NCBI GenBank assembly: GCA_001949185.1
Contig: BDGG01000018.1
Span: 588,693 to 652,692, forward strand
Direction: 5' to 3'
DNA: 64,000 nt
From: Ramazzottius varieornatus
Taxonomy: Eukaryota; Animalia; Tardigrada
Shown here: positions 1 through 11,409 of the stretch, piece after piece
Numbering within the stretch: the first letter of the stretch is position 1
Layout of the letters: each line of letters opens with the position of its first letter
Notes under the pieces: generated by a model
What the model was told of the DNA's origin: nothing
Seen by the model: only the letters and a program-made list of their open reading frames with translations
Database searches by the model: none
Program-made: the position numbers and the translations under genes

Positions 1-186
1 CATAAGTGTTCCTGACATGCTGACGAAGAACCGGTTTCTCCTGCTGAGTGTGTACGATGGTTGTCGTAGCCGACGTATCGATATGAGTCATATGGTGGTG
101 AGTTTGAAGGCGATCAGCAGGAGAAACCAGTAGAGAAGCAACTTCCAGTGAAAAAGTTGTCAGTAGTACTGGCAGATCATCACTCT

Positions 187-235
187 TAAGTGGCGCACGC
201 TTGGGTTGTTATGGTTCTGGGGCGTGCGCGACTTG
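187..235. repeat. Palindromic 12-25-12 repeat, 1 unit
   Basis: taagtggcgcac-N25-gtgcgcgacttg. Confidence 0.85.
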
Positions 236-600
236 AGATGACGACCCAGCACGCTTCGTTGTCCGGCCTGCCTGTTGATAAGCACGATCAGGCCGATATC
301 CTCGTCGTACATCAACGTGAGAAATTGCAAATTGTACATAGCTGGCAGCAAGAGGCCGGCAGAAACTTGTTCTGTTCTAAATTTGAATCGGTGCCTTCAG
401 ACAACGACTAACCGGCATTTCTCGCTACGTGTGATATCATCTCTGTGCTGTTCCGTTCAACTTCATCGCTTTAGTGTTTAGTAGGCATTTCAAGCGATCA
501 TTTCCTGCTTACGCCATCTTGCAAACATTTCCAGTCAGCAAGTATCCGGCATTTTGATATTTCTTATCGTCGGGAATCACATCGACACAAAGGAAGCAGG

Positions 601-1134
601 ATGGAAGGCTCACAGATCCTCGCTGCCATCATTTCCATCTTTATCCCACCTCTGGGTACGTCAGCCATCTTCACTAGCTTGAACGTCTTACGCAATAGTG
701 TTTCGTACTTTTTTGGACTGTATGATGGAGTATGTTTGCAGGTGTGGCCATCTACAAGGGAATAACCCGGGACTTCTGGTAAGTCACACAGGTTCAGCAG
801 GCAGTGCGTTTCTGACAGGTCGCACGCTACACCGCCGAGGCAGAGCGGTCGTAGGATTATCCTGCCGCGCGTTCCCCTTCGGCCTGCCACGCTTGCGCTT
901 TTGTTTTCTGGTTGTGGAATGATCAAGCTATTGATTTCTGGATTTCTGTTTTGATTTGCAGGATCAACCTGTTGCTGACCATCCTGTTCTTCATCCCAGG
1001 TATTACAGCAGAGGCTGCAGTTTGTTCACTGGAATAGTTTGGGATCTCTAAGTGATTCTGATGGCATCGGTTTCACATCCTGGTTCTTGATTGTAGGATT
1101 GGTCCATGCATTGTATCTGATCTGCATGACGTAA
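601..1134 (+). CDS. Pmp3/UPF0057 (YqaE/RCI2/LTI6-like) small hydrophobic membrane peptide, 55 aa, 4 exons (601-655, 742-778, 962-999, 1097-1134)
   Basis: Manual GT-AG splicing gives MEGSQILAAIISIFIPPLGVAIYKGITRDFWINLLLTILFFIPGLVHALYLICMT*, matching the Pmp3 signature (IxxxxPPLGV...FWINLLLTILxxxPGxxHAxY). Not in the ORF track. Confidence 0.9.
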
Positions 1135-1828
1135 CAGGAAGATGATCACCTGGTCGCCGCAGGTCTTGCAGCCATGCTGGTTCCTCCTTTTTATAAACGA
1201 CATTTTTAGTTCTACATCGTATTCCGTCTGAGCAATAATTCATCGAGGCAATATCAATATCATGGGGATCGAAACCCTTTTTCTGACTGGCATCTTTACT
1301 GACAGGAAATATGTACCGCTAACTTTCCCCTTGCTGTTTGAATTTTACTAGCTAGTCTCTTTGGCTGTTTGACCGTTTTGTGCCTTTGTTGAGCCGGTTC
1401 AGAGCTGAGTGTTTTCACAAGGATGGAATGCAGCTTTGTAGCGGTTTGATCAACCGGAAAACTGTAACGCATAAAACTATCGCAGTGGTGTTCGGCTCAA
1501 TGTACGAAGGCAGATTTAAACTCGTATACTGTATTAAAAACGTGCACACAGACTCTGGTGCAAAGTAACCTTTGTTATTGCAGATGCAAATACGCATTCG
1601 TGCAAGAAGTTTCCAGTTCCTTGAAGCATCGACGGTACTCTGCTGCCTACTCAAACCAAAACTCCGAGGCCTTTTATACTTCGGTCTGAAGAGATAACCT
1701 TGCCAACGAATGGCCGGTAACAGCTGTACGGGGGCAGAAGTTTAGAAGTTTTGGTTGAAGAGGGTTGAAGAGATCGATACCGAAAATTCGACTCTCAAAC
1801 CGTCGAAGGTCATCGATGGAAGAAGTAC

Positions 1829-2539
1829 GTGGCAGCAGCGTTTTTGGACTTCAGAAAAGCCTTTGACTGTGTCTTGCCACAACAAACTGCCAGCAGCGCT
1901 AAGCAGAGTGGGTGTGGGCTGACTAGCTCGGTAGTTCTTCTGCTCGTACTCGAAGGATCGGTCGCAATTCGTCGAGCTCAGCGGATGAAGGTCCGAAGAA
2001 AGAACCACACTCTCCGGAGTACTACAGTACCAGAGAACGTCCTGGGTCCGCCACTCTGTACGATCTTTCTTGTGGACTGCCTGCAGTACGAAGAGCCCCA
2101 GCCAAATATAGAGGTGAAAGCGGAAAAAGAACTCTCCGCGGATGACCCGATGGTTCACGCCGTCGGGAAGACCTCCCAGGAAGCCATCGCAAATCACAAC
2201 ACGGCACTGATTAGGAACACTGAATGGGTAGAAGGGCCCGACCTGACCTTCAACAACGGAAACTGCGTCCACATGGCCACCGCCTCAAGCGGAAGCAGGA
2301 GATGGATTGACTTGTCCACAGACACAGCGAAGCTGGGCGGACACCAGCTGGAACAAAAAGGGTACGTTCGGTACTTGGGTGTAAATACGGCCCAATACCT
2401 GCAATGGAACCAACACTTGGAGCAAGCCAAGCAGAAGTCAATGCGGGAATCTGCTAACTGGATGACGCAAAGAAAGGTCTTCCCAAAGAAGCACGGCTTG
2501 CTCTGTACCACAGTGCACTATGCCTTTAGCTCCGCTTAA
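1829..2539 (+). pseudogene. Degenerate non-LTR retrotransposon reverse transcriptase fragment
   Basis: Motifs FLDFRKAFDCV, VPENVLGPPLCTIF (GVPQGSVLGP-like), SADD (decayed YADD), YLGV..L.WNQH; catalytic motif mutated and no full-length ORF. Confidence 0.8.
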
Positions 2540-2602
2540 CTACGTCTATATCGTGGGGCTGTACCGGAATTCCCTCCAAGGTGTCTAGCAGTCACGTGAC
2601 AG

Positions 2603-2802
2603 CAGAGCCGGGCGCAGAAAATCGGGGGTGTAAGTGGGAGCACCGATCATCGAGTTAGTAGGCGAGGGGGCGAAAGCGAGATTGGTTTACTTTAGCGTTT
2701 GTGGGTGGTGCTCATGGATGGACCAACCCCGATTTTTCCCCTTCGCCTACTAACTCGATCGGCGCGCCCACTTACACCCCTGATTTTCTGTGCCCGGCTC
2801 TG
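2603..2802. mobile_element. 200-bp hAT-type MITE
   Basis: Long inverted repeats cagagccgggcgcagaaaatcgggggtgtaagtggg / cccacttacacccctgattttctgtgcccggctctg; flanks cgtgacag and cgttgcag resemble a decayed 8-bp TSD (6/8). Confidence 0.75.
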
Positions 2803-4677
2803 CGTTGCAGGCCAGTAAATATTGCCTGGCGGGGATAAAATGCTTCAGTGCTTCCAATCAAAGATCCCTGGCCAATCAACTGCAGCAATGTGCCGCAATT
2901 AAACAATCGGTGATATCAGGCCATGGGTGGAATTCATTAGCCTGTCACGTGACTGCGCGAAACCTTGGAGGGGATACAGTAAGGTTTGTGCGAAATGTTA
3001 ACTGACCCTTTGGCAAACTTTGAATATCAACTAACCACAATATTAACTTTATAAAATATGTTTTTGCACAATGATCGACCAACCAGCATATTAACCGACC
3101 GATTTATGGCCCCACGAAGTGCTGTACATTAACGCTCTGCGTAGGACCGTCCTCTTTGTGTATACAATGACTCAGTTTTTATTCACCTCTCAAGTTTAGC
3201 TTTTGGTCTTTGTGGTTGAGGCTTTTTCTTTGCCTGTATCTCGGTCTTCTCACCAAAGCGACACTATTGACCAGCGGTCAACAAAAATCCAGCACGCTAG
3301 AAAAATTTCCTACGGCTTCGGGTGGTTTCGCTGGAATCTGATGGTTTCGCCTCTTCGGCGAGACACGTACACGGAATTCGCTCAGAAAAAAACTGAAACA
3401 CTAAGGATATTCTCCTCTACCGACGCCAAGCTCGGGATAAATTCTGTTATAACCAGTGTGGTCTGAAAAAAATCAAAACGGCCAGGCCTCCTTTTCAAGA
3501 TTTTGCCTTCATGGCCTGCCAATTATCCGGATTTCGAGATCTCGAATTTTGAATGTCGATTGGCTGGGCCAGCCTTCGCCACACGGTATCAGCCAATCAA
3601 CTTCTTGTATGCAGAAAGAGGACGGTAGCATTCTGCAAAACATGGGAACCATCGTGCTGAAAGTGCTAAAACACCCAACGTCTCTTGTTAGCAGCTTTGG
3701 ATATCTTTGAAAATGAATTTCAGGGTCGAATAGTTTGTTCAGAAGTGTCACGGCGACTAAAACGCGTCGAATTTAAGGGATGTAGCGCAGTTACTAATCG
3801 GCATTCTATAATGTCGGGAATGTGAACAAACGATATCTAACATCAGTTGGCCACATCGCTGGTTATGATATAGAAGTAGTTGGCATTTTGGTCGCGCGAT
3901 ATTCATGGTCGGCATTGTCATTAAACGATATTTTGAGCAGGAACTCTATACCGTGCGTTCGTCGACATGTATTTCTACTTCTGTGCACCAGTGTGGTTCG
4001 CTTTGGCAAAGAACATGGAAATGATCGAGATGGCCCAACGCAAGGCTGTTAGGGTGCTGGCCGACTGCAAGAGCGGAACTACGACGGACGAACTGTTTAC
4101 GGAATGAGGGCATCGAGAAAGTGGGGAGACGTTGGAAGAGACTGGAAGGCCTGTAGCTCTACAGTCCGGCATGGGCGTCCTACGGTGTGAAGTCAAAGGT
4201 TGAGTGTCCCCAGGGATGATGCGGGACAAAGAATTATTCCGAAGGCTGGTGGTAAACTGAAGAGGAAACTGCGCTGGAGAAAGCTTTGATGCGCTCTCCG
4301 TTCAGTTGTGCTTTTGCCAAGGCAATCTGTTGGTCGGGTAGTTCGTTAAGAGACGAAGGGATATCATCTGGACGAAGGCGCTTCTGTGGAGGAGAAAGAG
4401 GGACCTCGAAGACTGAAGAGCCCTGTCGATCGGAAACTTTCACTTCGTCTTCCGAAACAGTCTCATAATTCAAGTCGCATTTCGTCTGATCAGAAGCTTC
4501 GGAAATGGCGTCATCAGCGACCTTGGCATTACGGCGGACGTATTTTGGTCTGAGTGCTATGCTGTGCTTCATGGAACTTCCGGGATCTTTCCGCTTGGGA
4601 GGAAAGCCTTTGGCCTTGCGGCTACGTTTGGGAGGCATGGGCGTGATAAGACAGAAAAGAACAAAGAGATATCAGGA

Positions 4678-4730
4678 AAATTAGCAGCAGAACATACAGC
4701 AGAGCAATTAGCAGCAGAACATACAGCATA
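4678..4730. repeat. 27-bp-period tandem duplication (aattagcagcagaacatacagca x2)
   Basis: Directly visible. Confidence 0.8.
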
Positions 4731-5689
4731 CAGAAATGCAAACAGAGGATAAAAGAAGAGGAATCAAATTCAAAAGGAGAAAGGATAAGCTGAATGGGTT
4801 GGCACGAACATCGGACTGCGATGGGATGTTCATCAAAGTGCGACGATAAAGGAACTTTAGGATATGTAGGGATACCCAATCAACACTTAAAAGCCAAAAA
4901 CATTCGAACGCACATCGAAAGGGAGTTCCAACTCGGACAAAGTTACGAGCGGATCGCGAGCAAATGAATAATGTAACTCTGTCGAGAAGACTCAGTTACC
5001 GGCAAACCGGCATGTACAAACACATGGGTGAACGAGTAACGTACAAGCTATCAAATACATAGCGATAAAAGTATTACAACGAGTGAAGGAGGAAGCCGAT
5101 CCAGCGTTAGCCACAAATAAGCAAGCTTATTTCCCATTATTTAACTTGTACCATATATGCCATAAAGGACTTTCTTGTACTGTGAGGCTTCAGGAACTTC
5201 GCGGGACACGTCGTTGTACGCCCCAAGCTAAACCCCGGTCTGGAAATGAAACCCTAATAATCCCCTCAGAGATAATTCGCGCTTACTATGACATATCCCG
5301 CGGAACTCGTGAAGTGTTCCGGTATAAGCTCGCTGGTTTCTAGTTAACCGCTTCAAATTGATTTCTCTTACGATGTGGGTATAGTGATCCTATCTTCAGC
5401 TAATTTTTCATGTAAAAAGCTGTTATGATTTCGGGCCAAATAATGACTCATTTTCTGGAGATCGAGGAGGCCGTTGACTGGATTGTCGAGGCTGAATAAC
5501 AGCGTTCAACAGTTGAGAAGACTGAAGTAGAAGGAATCGCTAATGAGGCTGTTTTACCTGTAAATTGCTCGGCAAATCTGATCCGCCATCGCATACTGCG
5601 TATGCACGACACACGATCCGCAGTAAGCTTCAGTGCGGTACATCGTTCAATCTGAAATCGATCAAGCAAGACCACTTAAGCCATTCTGA

Positions 5690-8104
5690 CAGGGCATTAA
5701 CGCCAGTCTGTCCACTCTGATCCTCAAACCAATAAGATAGCATGATAGAGCAGAGTTTGCTCCACAAACTGAGATAAACTAAATCGGCGAAATAAAATCC
5801 TGCAAAACGCCACAGGAAGCGGAAGTGACGTCAAATTCTTACATCGACATGACATGACCAACTATACTAGCACAGTCTAAAATTTCACAGAACTCATAGA
5901 AGATAAATTTTACAGAGGTGATACTGATCGTAGAAGTGATGGAAGCAGAGAGGAGCTTTGCACCAGCCGCACTTAAGCAAAAGCCGGTCGTCGCAGTTTT
6001 CATGGTCGGAATGACCAGTCAACTTCTTGAGGAAAGAGAATTCGGTAGGATTTACATAGTCAAAGGACTCGTCAGTATAGCCGCACAGATGCCAGGCCTG
6101 GTTCACTAGGTCTCCATACCGGGGAGACTGAAACTGTTGGTAAACCAAAGAATGCATCTTGAGGATTACGTCTCGATGATGAACTTGAAGTGGAAGGCTG
6201 TGCAAAATGATGAAACTGGAGATCTTCCGGAAGAAGTCTTTATACATTCGGAAGAAGAGTCTGTCCAGTGGTTGGATATCACCAGTCACTTTCGGAGGAA
6301 TCGTGATCATTTCGTATTCCAGTTCTTCAGGCTTGAATTCCAAAACAGCTTCCTGGTCAGAATAGGTTCTCCACGAATCGGCTAGCAGAATGCAGCGATC
6401 TTGCACATGAGAAAACAATATCTTTTCACACCATTCCAAGTAGAGCTTCTTTGTCATCTTGCCCGAAGCCGAAGCAGTGACATACAGGTTGTCAGCTTTA
6501 AACATTGTCCTTGCCACAATAGAACCGAAAACGCTTTTGTCCTCCTGTAGAGTGATCCACAGTTGTGGGAGAAACTTGCGCGTGCCGGGCGAAATGGTCA
6601 TTATAACCGTGTAGCTATGCGTCATGGAGTTCTCCGACTGACAGATCGCAAGAATATGTTTTGCGCCGGCCAGATGCAGTGTGCGCCTTGGTCTCATCTC
6701 GTAATCGAACCCAGACTGATCCGTGTTCCACATACCGTCCAAGCCGTAATCTGAGATCCTCGATCTGACAAGGGCGACACACTCCTCCGCAGTTTTCTTT
6801 ACTTGCGGGGCTTCTTGAATGTACTTGTCGGTCACGAACTTGGTGATCTTCCGATCGACGATGCCGTGATACCTACAATATCGACCCCGTTAGTGTGGCG
6901 CAGTAACTCGTGAGCAGAATTCTCGGTTGAAGTGATCTGCGTAAGCAATGATACATATTTCATTTTAATACTTCAATGTGTTTACCTCTTCAACTTTCCC
7001 ACCCAGTCCGGAGACGCCGTGAAACCTACCAGGCCAATGGTTCGGTTCGCAGTAACAGCCCAACGTCGAATATCCATATCCTTCACAATATGAGGCTTCT
7101 GTTTGGCCAGAAAGAACTGCTTGCCAGTCTCCAAACGCAGCGCCTTCAGCTTATTATATCTGGAACCGCCCTCAGCAACATGTCGTTCCCATTCTTGGAG
7201 TTGTCGAATACTGGTGACTTTCTTGAACTTGGTCTGGACACACGAAAGGCTACGTCGTTTCTTCGTAGCGACATTCCTCCAGAAATCGACGGAGCGTTTC
7301 TTGTAGTCGAGGGTGACTGCGTTACTTGGCGGCTGTTTTGGGTTCGGTATTCGCGGGACATAGAATTCGTTGGACGATGGTTCCGTTCCACTGGAGAGAG
7401 GCTCGACGACTTTATCTTCTTGGCTAGGATTTTCGTCGGGTTCAGCCAGCTGATTAGACGCAGCAACCAACTTCTCGAACTCGTCGAACGTCTGCATGTC
7501 TGTTTGCAGTTCATATTGCAGGTCTTCTTCAAATGCCAACGAAGAACTACCTGCTCGGTTGATTTTAACATCCATAAATCCTGAAACAGAAACAGAAAGG
7601 TGGAATATCTCATATCAACGTCAGCCATAGTAAACGGCAACAGTACAATACCTTTGACGAGTTCTTTTAACTGCTTATCAGCCTCGCTCGGTTGTCCATC
7701 CAGTTGGGAGAGCTGCTTGTAGTCCTCCTCCAGAAGCTTCAACACATTCATCGGATTAACGGAATCCATTTCGGGCGACAGTGGAAATCACGCAGCAACG
7801 GAACGATGAATGTAAGAGCAATGAAGCAACAGGCACAGCAAAACTGATTGCGCTTGGTTTAGCGTAGAGTACAAGAGCAACTGGTTCAATTAATATCAAA
7901 TCAACCATCAGGCAATCAAATCAGTTGATTTGCTGTCACACTGGTGATCCGCCCTGAATTTGACGTCACTTCCGCTTCCTGTGGCGTCTTCCTGGATTTT
8001 ATTTCGCCGATTTAGTTTATCTCAGTTTGTGGAACAAACTCTGCTCTATCATGCTGTCATATTGGTTTGAGGATCAGAGTGGACAGACTGGCGTTAATCC
8101 CTTG
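5690..8104 (-). mobile_element. Tc5/Tc4-like (pogo group, Tc1/mariner superfamily) DNA transposon, full length, ~150-bp TIRs, TNA flanks
   Basis: TIRs ~5690-5838 and ~7956-8104 are near-perfect reverse complements; termini CAGGG/CAAGGG flanked by TGA and TAA. Confidence 0.9.
5894..7769 (-). CDS. Tc5-like DD37D transposase, 3 exons (7769-7652, 7580-6986, 6872-5894), ~560 aa, no visible disruption
   Basis: Spliced frame MDSVNPMN...ELVKG|FMDVKIN...WVGKLKR|YHGIVDRKITKFV...; HTH/CENP-B-like region; triad WNTDQSG, LLADSW, IQPLD with 37 residues between D2 and D3; C-terminal Cys/His cluster (CGWCKAPLCFHHF). Confidence 0.88.
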
Positions 8105-8566
8105 TAAGAAGTACCACTCTGAGTTGGTGGCGATGCCACATAACGTGAGGTTCAGCACTTTAATTTCTGTCCGGACGTCCTTACAAAGTCCTGCATGACC
8201 GTCTGGTGTTGCTCTAGGAAGGGATCTGGGCAGCGGCTCAGAAATTTCTCTGTACGAGAGTGCTCCCCTCCCTGTTGTGATCCCGACCTTAGCTAAATCA
8301 CCAATCAGCTCCGCCCAGTGATTTGTTGCCATATAAGACCTCCATTCCGGGGCACCGCCCCTGTCTTGGGGGCTTGGAGGGATTTGGGGCAGATACACCG
8401 CTGAATTGGGGATGCTAACCGACGAAATTCAGTCTCGCAGTCGCAGACAGCCAAATTTTCTTGATAACCTAGGCGCAGCCCAACCTTACGTATAACTGTC
8501 CGCCACCTACATTGTGAGCAGGATACACGACTGCCGGCAGTGCTCAGTCCAGTTCCGTAGATCTCT

Positions 8567-10111
8567 ATGTGGAAACCACTGCAGAATACAAAGTCTGTGA
8601 CTTTGGTTCAAGGATGTCTCTTCGCGATTACGGCTTTTATCATTCTGATGACCGTCGTGGCCTACCATTCATACCTGGTGTACCGAGTACGGATTTCCGG
8701 CCCTCGCACTACGCCGCCCGAGGCCGTCCTCAGCGACTTCAGTGTCCCACCGTGCTTATTCGGAGATTTGCCCTCTGCACGACAACAACCAGTCCTAAGA
8801 GTGGTGGTGGTGGTCTACTTCTCCATTCCACAGAAGAGTACGTATCTCGATCAGCTCAAGTGGTGTATGCGCAGCTTACTGGAAATGGCCGAGACCGAAC
8901 CGCCCTTATGGCGCACCGACCTGATCATTTATATGGAGAATGTCACCCTGCCGCAAGTTTTGGACCTCGGCTGTAGCACGGCTCCTCGACGAAATGCCTT
9001 TCAAGTGTATCCTGGTACAGTATGCGCGGGTTCAAAACCGGAAGCTGGAGACGGAATTTCGCGACAGTATTCGATTGATTCCAGTACACAGAATGGGAGC
9101 TCGGCTAATCAATTGATTATGGTCGTTCTCCCAGTGGTGCACCCAGCCAGCCAATAACATTGGAAACGTGCGCCACTTGGGAAAACAAGCAGACTCGACT
9201 AAATCATTTTCCCAAGTGGCGCACGCCATCGGCCAATAACAATGAGAACGTGCGCCTTATGAGACATCGATCTTACGATCAGGCGCAATTCGGTGACCGA
9301 AGTCCTAATTTGAGACGGGTTTTGTTCTTTTCCAGAATACGAGCGAAATCTTCAGGAGCAAATGAAAGAATACCCATACCTCGACTCGATTTATCCCCTA
9401 GTGGAGCACTCGTCCAGCTATTCCAAGTACGACTTTGTGGTACGTTCTGACCTGGACGTCTTCTTCACTCCGGCTTTCGCTGGGTGGATTCCACCCAACT
9501 GCGCATTTGTAACGGGGAACGGAGGCTACAGCGACACCTTCAACATGGAGAAGCTGGCGCATGTGGCCAGCTACAGCGGTATCCACTTCAACGCTTCAGT
9601 GCGCAACGTTGGCTCCACATGGATCGGCACACCGCAGTTGGTGGCCAAGGTGGCTGAACGGACAGTTCACTGGATGGTACACCTGAGCAGGATCGAGTTC
9701 TCGCCCAAGCAGCGCACCATAGCCTGGTGGGGTGGCGCTCCCTTGTGGATGGAATGGCATTATGGTGTTCTGTCGATGTACGGAGGTCACTTGGCTGTCA
9801 ATGAGGTCCTCGAATCAGGTAAACGACATCCGTATCTCAAATTGGACCTCGATCATCCCACTACCTCATCGGCGAGTTGTACGGTTGATGGACCTTTACA
9901 TCTTCATACCTACCAGTCTAACGTCTACTTTAGCAAGTCTGAGTTTAATAACCGCAAGTATGTTGGCGCCAGTGCTCTTCCTGCTTTCTTGAATAGCACT
10001 AGATGTGATTACGCTGCCTATCTAGCTGCCGATTCGTTGGTTATGACTTCTGTGGGATTGGCCGAGAGGTTACGTTCCGCGAAGTTAACCACCCTGCAGA
10101 AAAGAGTTTAA
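8567..10111 (+). CDS. Type II membrane protein with DxD motif, glycosyltransferase-like, uncharacterised family; 2 exons (donor ambiguous near 9015-9066, acceptor 9335)
   Basis: N-terminal TM (GCLFAITAFIILMTVVAY), WRTDLIIY, then YPYLDSI...YDFVVRSDLDVFFTP...GNGGY...NVGSTW...WHYGVLSMYGGHLAVN; the intervening intron carries the palindromic repeat. Confidence 0.7.
9131..9261. repeat. Palindromic 12-25-12 repeat, 2 units (82-bp period), intron of the DxD gene
   Basis: Units at 9131 and 9213; spacers 25/25, linker 33. Confidence 0.9.
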
Positions 10112-11409
10112 GTGCCAGTATAAAAGATGTGCTTTATCGAAAGTAAACTTTCCCAAGAGTCTTCCTACTTCTGCATCGTCCGGGCTCTGGATTCACACGG
10201 CTGCAAGTCAGACCATCGTACATGGGCCAAGGCCAATGCAAACTCTGCAGAAACAGTCCGTGTCCGTATCGTTGACCCTGACAGAAAGATGGTATTTCGG
10301 ACTTTGTCCTTCTTCGGTCTGTTGAACATGAATTCGAATTTCGTTAAGAATGGGGTTGCTTTCAGCGTTTTTACTGTGGGAAAGGCTCGCCTTTTTGTGC
10401 GATCAGAGACCAAAGCCAAGAGAATGTACAAAGATTCTTGGTTCTACACTGTAGAGCTTGCATCATGAGACTAGTTGGTACGGTGGAGCTGCATAACAAA
10501 AGTACAAGATACCTTGGCGTTGAATGAAATTATGACATGCGCCTCTCGCTTGGAAACGTTGAAGGCTGCATTGGTAGCGAACAGAAAACGAAGCCCACAG
10601 CAGCCATCGAGGAAAAGACTACGCGCATAAGACATCCATCTTATCCAGCCACCCATACCACAAACCAGCAGATGGCAAAGCAGACAAGAGCCACTTTTAC
10701 TACCATAGACCAGTCAAGGCGTTGACCTTCTCAGCCGAACAAACCTGCGGCGAATAGGGATAGGAACTGTGGAGGCACATAAGCACCACGCTGGCGGTTT
10801 GGCCGATTGACACTGACCATTCGACAGACTACATCAATGACGAGCACACTCCAAGCAACTCACGATTGCGGACACTGGACAGTGGGCAGCTTACGCCTTA
10901 CGGTTTCGGTGTAAGCAGAGCAGATACATCAATCAATTGCACCTTCTTGATCCCATGTAATTACCTCGTGTTTTCGCAATTTCCCTTCTGGCTAAATATG
11001 TCGTTCAGGCATAGGACCGCCCCTGATGGACACGGCCTTGATACTTGTTGTTTAACAAGGTCGTGCCGACCTGGGGCGCTTCTTCATGCCTGGCATTTGA
11101 CTTTTTCGTTACTTAAATTGATGTCAGAGTCAGATGGATTGTGATGGACAACTTTGAATGGCTCCTGAAGTTTGCTATATCGTTCGATTCTGACGTTGAA
11201 AAGTTATCCAAGAGAGAATGCTGCAGCCTGCAGAAGTCTGCTACGCGTGAGGGTGGAGACCAGACTTCGAGCCATGTTGCACAAGCCAGACTGGACTGCG
11301 CCACTGCACCATAGCGACCCAACTCTGCCACCTCACCGTCCTCGCCGCTCGCAGCACAAGACTAAAGCACCCTTACTGGCGCAGAAGCCCATTCCCAAAG
11401 TCAAAAAAA

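Noticed and set aside
4234-4638. 134-aa basic ORF (MPPKRSRKAK...) as a gene
   Set aside because: No recognisable domain or confident splice partner; may be a transposon or gene fragment.
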